Origin: an uncultured virus (IMG/VR IMGVR_UViG_3300010158_000034)
Taxonomy: Duplodnaviria > Heunggongvirae > Uroviricota > Caudoviricetes
Length of the DNA stretch: 64,000 bases
Reading direction: 5' to 3' (one strand)
IMG/VR virus record: IMGVR_UViG_3300010158_000034
Shown: one piece after another, positions 19,266-25,858 of the stretch
Layout of the letters: each line of letters begins with the position of its first letter
Numbering within the stretch: the first letter of the stretch is position 1
Made by a program: the position numbers and the translations under genes
Notes under the pieces: model-generated
Told to the model about the DNA's origin: nothing
Seen by the model: only the letters and a program-made list of their open reading frames with translations
Databases searched by the model: none

Positions 19266-20218
19266 ATCAAATCACTACGTTAGATATTGAAACTATTAAT
19301 AATTGCAACGCTCTTTGTCCTTTATGTCTGCGAGGAGAAGGAATGACCACGAATGATCGATTGGATTGGACTCAAGTAATCAAACAAATACCCGATACTG
19401 TCTGGCAACAGGTTAAAAAAATTAATTTTAATGGCACAACAGGTGACAATCTAATGCATCCAGAAATTGCAGATATTTTGGCATGGGCCATTAACAATAC
19501 CAATGCACAGGTTATTTTACATACCAATGGTAGTTTAAGAAACACCACCTGGTGGGGCAATTTAGGAAAAGTATTTGGTACCAAGCATCGTGTGGTATTT
19601 GGTATAGACGGGTTAGAGGATACTCACAATGTGTATCGAGTAAACACAGATTGGCAAAAAATTATAGATAATGCAAAGGCTTTTATCGACGTAGGCGGCT
19701 GTGCTGTTTGGCAATTTATTATATTTGACCACAATCGGCATCAAATTGATGAGTGCAGGGCATTAAGTGAAAAATTAGGGTTCCGCAAGTTTTTACCTAT
19801 ACTTCAAGATCGATTTGATGCTACTGGGACTCAAGGCCAAATACAACGTGCAAATATCGTCGCAGTACCTGTTGATACTATCATAAAGCCAACTAGCAAT
19901 AATTTCAATAAAAAGAAGTTTACACAAGTAAAAGTTGATTGTCTGAGTCAAAAAACAGGATGGGTCAGCATATATGCAGATGGTACCATATGGCCTTGCT
20001 GTTGGTTAATGGGGTGGCACTTGGCTAAACATCAAAAAACTCAATATGCAATTATCAACTATCATTTTAAGAAAATATTAAATATTGACTTTGCACAAAT
20101 TAGTCTTTATAATAAGACGCTAGAAGAAATTATTGGCAGTGATTTGTGGCAAAAAAGATTTCCAGATAGTTTTAACAACAACCCAAACTTGGTGTGTGTA
20201 CAACAATGTTCAAAATAA
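19253..20218 (+). CDS. Radical SAM/SPASM protein
   Basis: CNALCPLC; TNG; GIDG; C-terminal IYADGTIWPCC and CVQQC. Confidence 0.85.
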   Translation: MFNLDQITTLDIETINNCNALCPLCLRGEGMTTNDRLDWTQVIKQIPDTVWQQVKKINFNGTTGDNLMHPEIADILAWAINNTNAQVILHTNGSLRNTTWWGNLGKVFGTKHRVVFGIDGLEDTHNVYRVNTDWQKIIDNAKAFIDVGGCAVWQFIIFDHNRHQIDECRALSEKLGFRKFLPILQDRFDATGTQGQIQRANIVAVPVDTIIKPTSNNFNKKKFTQVKVDCLSQKTGWVSIYADGTIWPCCWLMGWHLAKHQKTQYAIINYHFKKILNIDFAQISLYNKTLEEIIGSDLWQKRFPDSFNNNPNLVCVQQCSK

Positions 20219-21975
20219 AAGATTTAACTGTAAAAAATTTCATGAGCGTGGGCAACAGCACCCAGGCTGTAAACTTTGACCGTCAAGACTTGACCTTGGT
20301 GCTGGGTGAAAACTTGGACTTGGGTGGAGACGATTCTGGTGCTAGAAACGGCACCGGTAAGACCACCATCATCAATGCTCTCAGTTATGCCTTGTATGGC
20401 AATGCACTAACCAATATCCGTAAAGAAAACTTGATCAATAAAACCAATCAAAAAAACATGATGGTGACTGTGGATTTTGAAAAGGATGGAGAAACTTATA
20501 GAATTGAACGTGGCAGAAAACCCAATGTCATGCGTTTCTTTGTGGGAGATACAGAACGAGAAATCACCGATGATGCTCAAGGTGATTCAAGAGAAACACA
20601 AGCAGAAATAGAACGCATGTTGGGCATGAGCCACGACATGTTCAAACACATTGTAGCACTCAACACCTATACCGAACCATTTCTTGCCCTGCGTGCCAAC
20701 GATCAAAGATCTATCATCGAACAGTTGCTGGGCATTACATTACTAAGTGAAAAAGCTGATCGACTAAAAGAACAGAACAAAGCCACTCGAGATTCAATTA
20801 CGCAAGAAGAATATCGTATCAAGGCCGTGGGCGATGCCAATGTGCGTGTACAAGAACAAATTGAAAACTTAAAGCGTAGACAAACCTTATGGAAGACTCG
20901 ACATGACGCAGACATTGCCAACCTGGAGACGGCGCTCGATCAGTTACTCGAGCTTGATATCGATCAAGAGATTGGGGCACACCGGGCACTTACGGCGTAT
21001 CTTCAAAAGAAGAAAGACATCAGTGACGTACAGTCCTATCTTCGACGTTCTGCACAGGATCAAGTACGTGAAACTAAAGCTATTGAAAAACTCCAGCAAG
21101 AGATCGCATCGCTGCATGACCATCAGTGTCACACCTGTGGGCAGGAGTTCCACGACGAGCGGCATGTACAGGTCTTGGAGGCTAAACAACAGGATTTAAC
21201 TGTGGCTGAAGAAAATTTGATCACTGCTGTCAACGATGTGGCGGCATTTACCGAAGCTGTGACTACATTGGGCGAACTGGGCTCGGCACCTGCTACGTTT
21301 TATGATCAAGAACAAGATGCTGTGCAACACAGAGCCAGCGTGGCCAGTTTGCAACAACAGTTAGCCGTGAAAAGCGAGGAAGACGATCCTTATCGTGATC
21401 AAATTGCAGAAATGCAAAGTCAAGGCATTGAGGAAATTAGTTATGATGCTATCAACACCCTGACCAATGTGCGAGAACATCAAGAGTTTCTGTTAAAGTT
21501 ATTGACTAATAAAGATTCGTTTATTCGCAAACGTATCATTGATCAAAATCTAAGTTACTTAAATGCTAGACTGGGACAATATCTAGACCGTATTGGTTTA
21601 CCGCACACTGTGAAATTCCTTAACGACCTAACTGTAAGCATCACTGAACTGGGAAGAGATCTAGACTTTGACAACTTGAGCCGTGGCGAGCGTAATCGTT
21701 TAATACTTTCCTTGAGCTGGAGTTTCCGCGATGTGTGGGAAAGTTTATATCAACCCATCAACTTGTTGTTTATAGACGAGTTGATTGATTCCGGGCTTGA
21801 CTCATCGGGAGTTGAAAACAGCTTGGCTATTCTTAAAAAAATGTCCAGGGAAGGTAATAAATCAATTTGGCTGGTAAGTCACAAGGATGAACTGGTTGGT
21901 AGGGTCAACAACACTCTTAAAGTAGTTAAAGAACACGGCTATACCACTTACAACACGGATGTAGAAATTGTATAA
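20206..21975 (+). CDS. gp46: Recombination ATPase subunit (Rad50/SbcC-like)
   Basis: Walker A NGTGKTT, zinc hook CHTC, signature LSRGE, Walker B LFIDE and H-loop VSH; start refined to the ATG at 20206 (MFKIKDL). Confidence 0.92.
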   Translation: MFKIKDLTVKNFMSVGNSTQAVNFDRQDLTLVLGENLDLGGDDSGARNGTGKTTIINALSYALYGNALTNIRKENLINKTNQKNMMVTVDFEKDGETYRIERGRKPNVMRFFVGDTEREITDDAQGDSRETQAEIERMLGMSHDMFKHIVALNTYTEPFLALRANDQRSIIEQLLGITLLSEKADRLKEQNKATRDSITQEEYRIKAVGDANVRVQEQIENLKRRQTLWKTRHDADIANLETALDQLLELDIDQEIGAHRALTAYLQKKKDISDVQSYLRRSAQDQVRETKAIEKLQQEIASLHDHQCHTCGQEFHDERHVQVLEAKQQDLTVAEENLITAVNDVAAFTEAVTTLGELGSAPATFYDQEQDAVQHRASVASLQQQLAVKSEEDDPYRDQIAEMQSQGIEEISYDAINTLTNVREHQEFLLKLLTNKDSFIRKRIIDQNLSYLNARLGQYLDRIGLPHTVKFLNDLTVSITELGRDLDFDNLSRGERNRLILSLSWSFRDVWESLYQPINLLFIDELIDSGLDSSGVENSLAILKKMSREGNKSIWLVSHKDELVGRVNNTLKVVKEHGYTTYNTDVEIV

Positions 21976-22804
21976 GGTCTTGCACATCGAACCCACTGAT
22001 GTTTGTCACGCCACTTGCGCCTTGTGTGCTAGAGAAACCGATTCAAATTTTGATAAAAATAAAAAACATCATTTGTCTGTGGATCGAATCAAAGATAAAT
22101 TTGACACTGAATTTATAAAAAATCTAGACAAAATGTTCATGTGTGGCAACTACGGCGACCCAGCTGCTGGAAAACATACTTTAGAAATATACGATTACTT
22201 TAGATCCGTTAATACTGAAATTACACTAGGCATGAATACCAATGGTGGCATTCGCGAATCTTGGTGGTGGACTCAAATTGGATCAATATTCAATCAACCG
22301 CGGGACTATGTTGTATTCAGCATCGACGGACTAGAAGACACCAATCGTATATATAGAAAAGGTGTAAGTTGGAATGTTATTATGGCCAATGCTCAAGCAT
22401 TTATTGTTGCAGGTGGCTCAGCACATTGGGACATGTTGGTGTATCGGCATAACGAACATCAAGTTGATGCTTGTGAACAACTGGCACGTGACATGGGATT
22501 CAAATGGTTTAGAGCCAAAGTGAGTCGACGTCCGCTGGCCAATGGATTAGAGTATCCCATCAAATGGCAATCACCTTTAGAAAAAACTGGTACTGTAGAG
22601 TGTTTTGCGTTAAACGAACAAAGTATATACATAGATGCTCAAGGTCGTGTTAGCCCGTGTTGTTGGCTAGGTTCTAGACAACAGGATTTTGATTTTAAAG
22701 GGGTTGCCACTGCATCAAATCCTGTATGCCGTGCAACATGTAGCACCCATAGTAAAAAAACTACATTTACTGCACAATGGCAACGTGAGGTTGAACTATG
22801 CTAG
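21968..22804 (+). CDS. Radical SAM/SPASM protein
   Basis: CHATCALC; GNYGDP; SIDG; IDAQGRVSPCC and CRATC. Confidence 0.85.
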   Translation: MYKVLHIEPTDVCHATCALCARETDSNFDKNKKHHLSVDRIKDKFDTEFIKNLDKMFMCGNYGDPAAGKHTLEIYDYFRSVNTEITLGMNTNGGIRESWWWTQIGSIFNQPRDYVVFSIDGLEDTNRIYRKGVSWNVIMANAQAFIVAGGSAHWDMLVYRHNEHQVDACEQLARDMGFKWFRAKVSRRPLANGLEYPIKWQSPLEKTGTVECFALNEQSIYIDAQGRVSPCCWLGSRQQDFDFKGVATASNPVCRATCSTHSKKTTFTAQWQREVELC

Positions 22805-23802
22805 CCACCTGGCATTTTCATATCGAAATATCTAGTAAATGTACACTACGTTGTCCTAGATGTGCTAGACAAGAAGTTCCCGACACACTGGTCAATACTG
22901 AACTGGATTTAGAATTCTTTAAACGTAACTTTACAGCAGAATTTATTATAAACAATGTAGAAAAGATCACCTTCTGCGGCGACGACGGAGATCCTGTATA
23001 TGCACATGACTTGATTTCTGTAATACATTATGTTAAAAGTGTCAAACCGGTGGAGTTTGTCATCATTACAAACGGTAGCTATAAGCGAGCAGAATGGTGG
23101 GCAGAGCTGGGTGCTATGCTAACAGAAAAAGACACTGTACACTTTAGTATAGATGGATGGGACAATGCCAGTAATAATTTATATCGTGTAAACAGCGATT
23201 TCAACAGCATTACCCAGGGCATAACAGCATTGAGAACCGCTAGCCAATGTCGCTTGATATGGGCCGCTATAGCATTTAAGTTTAACCAAGAATATCTAGG
23301 ACAAATGAAAAACTATGCTGCTGCATTGGGGATGGATGCGTTTCAATTGACCAAAAGTACCAAATTTGGCAGTGTATATCCCAGTTACGGTGCTAACGAT
23401 CCGTTAGAACCCAGTGATAAATTTGTCAGCAACACACTTAGATTTGAACGAGAGCAAATCGATTTTACCAATCGAGCACCTGTCACGCACCCAATTAATT
23501 TTGAATTATATACTCAGAATCAAGATAGAACACCGGTGGTACCTTTGTGCGAAATAGGTAATAAAGGATTATACATAGATGCTCGCGGTAGATTATTTCC
23601 GTGCTGTTGGGTAGCTAATAGGTATAACCACAATCAAGAATGGCAAACATTAGCAGAACAGTTCGATTTACACCACCGTACATTAACAGAGGCTTTATCC
23701 AGCAGTTTTTGGAGAGAAGAATTTCAAACATTCAAGTGGCAAGAATGCCAAACAAAATGTTCCGCAAGGGTCGTAAATCAAGATTATGCGACACAGTGGT
23801 GA
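22798..23802 (+). CDS. Radical SAM/SPASM protein
   Basis: CTLRCPRC; GDDGDP; SIDG; IDARGRLFPCC and CQTKC. Confidence 0.85.
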   Translation: MLATWHFHIEISSKCTLRCPRCARQEVPDTLVNTELDLEFFKRNFTAEFIINNVEKITFCGDDGDPVYAHDLISVIHYVKSVKPVEFVIITNGSYKRAEWWAELGAMLTEKDTVHFSIDGWDNASNNLYRVNSDFNSITQGITALRTASQCRLIWAAIAFKFNQEYLGQMKNYAAALGMDAFQLTKSTKFGSVYPSYGANDPLEPSDKFVSNTLRFEREQIDFTNRAPVTHPINFELYTQNQDRTPVVPLCEIGNKGLYIDARGRLFPCCWVANRYNHNQEWQTLAEQFDLHHRTLTEALSSSFWREEFQTFKWQECQTKCSARVVNQDYATQW

Positions 23803-23821
23803 TCGATGATAACTACTATGC

Positions 23822-24274
23822 ATGACATGGCTATTCAAAAACTCTCTTGTAGAAACCTTACCCGAAGACTGTGTTGGATTTGTATATCTTATAACAAATT
23901 TAACTACAGGCAGGAGATATATTGGCAAAAAATTAGCCAAGTTTGCAAAAACAACTTACAAGACAGTGAAATTAAAAAACGGCACCAAGCGAAAGAAAAA
24001 GATTAGAAGTAAGATCGATAGTGACTGGCAATCATATTACGGATCAAACGCAGAACTAAATGCAGACGTGGAGAAATTAGGCGTTGACAATTTTTCAAGA
24101 GAAATACTATACTACTGCAACAGTAAAGCTGAATGCAGTTACATAGAAGCAAGAGAACAATTCAGACACCAAGTCTTGGAATCAGACAATTACTACAATG
24201 GCCAAATAGCCTGTAGAATCCATGGCTCTCATATTAAAAATAAAATAGACACCCGGTCGACAGTAACAAACTAG
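23822..24274 (+). CDS. GIY-YIG endonuclease, T4 EndoII (DenA)-like
   Basis: GFVY...YIG, YYGS, conserved Glu (YIE) and YYN motifs; 150-aa single domain with a Lys-rich insert. Confidence 0.8.
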   Translation: MTWLFKNSLVETLPEDCVGFVYLITNLTTGRRYIGKKLAKFAKTTYKTVKLKNGTKRKKKIRSKIDSDWQSYYGSNAELNADVEKLGVDNFSREILYYCNSKAECSYIEAREQFRHQVLESDNYYNGQIACRIHGSHIKNKIDTRSTVTN

Positions 24275-24660
24275 CACAGGTTAAACTCGTGTGCCTATGA
24301 CAACCGGATAATAACGGGGACGGAAGACTCTTGCTGTCAAGAGCACTCAATCAGTATCCTTGACAGGACCATGATCGGATATGCCTATAACCGGTTTGAT
24401 TGTTTGAAAAGTAGTAGGAACAGGCTAAAAGAGTGGGTAATGCCCACACGTGGTTAAATGTGTTAGCGTATGTTTAACCGCCGCCGTTGTATAAAGACAG
24501 AACGAGCAGGTACCGGACAACCGCCTGTGTGTACGCAAGTACGTAGTTCTAACGCTAAGTGACTGGTTCAACTCGGATGAAGCAGATCATTTTTGCCCTT
24601 GAGCGGGCAAAGTGTGACCAAAGAATCTGGATGAAACGGGAAGCAAACTGCTTTCGTTAA
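24272..24660 (+). ncRNA. Candidate large structured non-coding RNA, class unassigned
   Basis: No ORF of 60 aa or more in the track; more than 10 helices found by hand, including long-range pairs, G-U wobbles that favour the + strand, a GCAA tetraloop, and a 7-bp loop pseudoknot (24463-24469 with 24552-24558). Confidence 0.65.
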
Positions 24661-24664
24661 TAAT

Positions 24665-24718
24665 AAAAAAAAAGATTTCTGAACGAAGTGAAAGAAATAG
24701 ATTAGCTCTGCTAATCTC
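24665..24718 (-). terminator. Putative rho-independent terminator for the gp26/gp51-like transcript
   Basis: On the minus strand, two hairpins (AGATTAGC/GCTAATCT and ATTTCT/AGAAAT) are followed by a run of 9 T. Confidence 0.55.
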
Positions 24719-24739
24719 AAAAGGATAGGCTCGAAGAAA

Positions 24740-24967
24740 TCAAAAGAATGGCATACCCGATTTGTTTGTGACTTCCATGTTTTCTTTTATCAGTTTGGCT
24801 ATCAACTGTCGTTCTTCTGTACTCAGTTCCATGGCTTCGCTGTAAGTGAGACCGCCACGCATGTACCAACAAAAACTAAACAACTCGGCTTTCAAGGCTT
24901 TTGACTCCTGCTCCATTTGATCCAACCACTTGAAAACTTCTTCAGTGGTTAGAGTCAAAAGCCTCAT
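24740..24967 (-). CDS. gp51-like baseplate hub assembly / tail chaperone C-terminal ORF
   Basis: WYMRGGLTYSEAMELSTEER motif; ATGA overlap with the upstream gene, and in its -1 frame. Confidence 0.65.
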   Translation of the reverse strand: MRLLTLTTEEVFKWLDQMEQESKALKAELFSFCWYMRGGLTYSEAMELSTEERQLIAKLIKENMEVTNKSGMPFF

Positions 24968-25806
24968 TCGAAAAAATTTGATTGATTGAATGTTAGAGTA
25001 TTTTCAAATTCTTTTTGACAACTGTTGCACACAATCTTCAAAGGTTGTACTTTGAATGTATCCACTAGCGACTGTATGTGGTCCTTGATTTGATTGTAAA
25101 CCTGTCGGCTGCATTGATCTAAAAACTCAGTGATTTGAGCACGATCTTTAACTACAACTCCAGTTTCGGTTTCTATGCTGTTGATGCTTACAACAACTGA
25201 GTCTATGTTCATTTGTCGCAACTTTTCAAAGCTGGCGTTGAATTGGGCTGTTTTTTCTTCCTGTGACAAAGACTCGTTAAGTATCACTGAATCCACCAAT
25301 CTCTGCTCTTCGTAGGTTATGAGTCCTGCTTGATTTATATCTTGATAGGTTTGTGGGCGGAAATGAAATTGCAATCCATCAATAGTAACCGGAGACGAAT
25401 AGTCTGCTGTTTCCAGTCCATCCAGCACGCCTGTCAAATCCACTGTGTATTCATCCTGTACCCGGCAGTGAGCACAGGTGCAGTTGATGTCCATGCCCTT
25501 GCCGTAGCTGGCCAAACGTATGGCAATAAAAACGGGATCCAAATCCACTGCTGGCATGGTCCACGGATCGCGAATGTTTGGGCAGCAACTTTTAATAACA
25601 TTGATTATTCCCTCCCCGTTCATTAGTGCATCTGGAGTTTTCATTGTTAACTCGTCACGCACAGTCATAGGATACACGGGAATTTCCCCGGTCACCGGTA
25701 GGTCTATAGTGTTGTCGGGGTAAAAACGTCCGCGACTGGGTAGTTTTAAATAAATTGCTGGTTGTCTAAAATGTCCGGATAAGGGATTGTTAGCGGGGTT
25801 TGCCAT
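24964..25806 (-). CDS. gp26-like baseplate hub / tail assembly chaperone
   Basis: LKLPSRG, PMTVRDE, IRLASYG, two CxxC pairs and a C-terminal NFF. Confidence 0.7.
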   Translation of the reverse strand: MANPANNPLSGHFRQPAIYLKLPSRGRFYPDNTIDLPVTGEIPVYPMTVRDELTMKTPDALMNGEGIINVIKSCCPNIRDPWTMPAVDLDPVFIAIRLASYGKGMDINCTCAHCRVQDEYTVDLTGVLDGLETADYSSPVTIDGLQFHFRPQTYQDINQAGLITYEEQRLVDSVILNESLSQEEKTAQFNASFEKLRQMNIDSVVVSINSIETETGVVVKDRAQITEFLDQCSRQVYNQIKDHIQSLVDTFKVQPLKIVCNSCQKEFENTLTFNQSNFFE

Positions 25807-25858
25807 GGTTGATTGAACTCCATAAATAAATGTATAAATCTATTTATCGTAAAAAACT

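Noticed and set aside
23822..24274. Mobile homing endonuclease or intron-encoded ORF
   Set aside because: It is a single catalytic domain without a DNA-binding extension and interrupts no gene; it fits an EndoII-like stand-alone nuclease better.
24272..24660. RNase P RNA, tmRNA, group I/II intron or small self-cleaving ribozyme as the identity of the structured region
   Set aside because: Fragments such as ACAGAA, CTTGAG and GATGAA recall RNase P, but they are in the wrong order and GAGGAAAGTCC is absent. There is no tRNA-like end, no recognisable P7 or domain V, no CTGATGA/GAAA hammerhead core, and no interrupted gene around it. This was judged by eye only; an Rfam scan is still needed.
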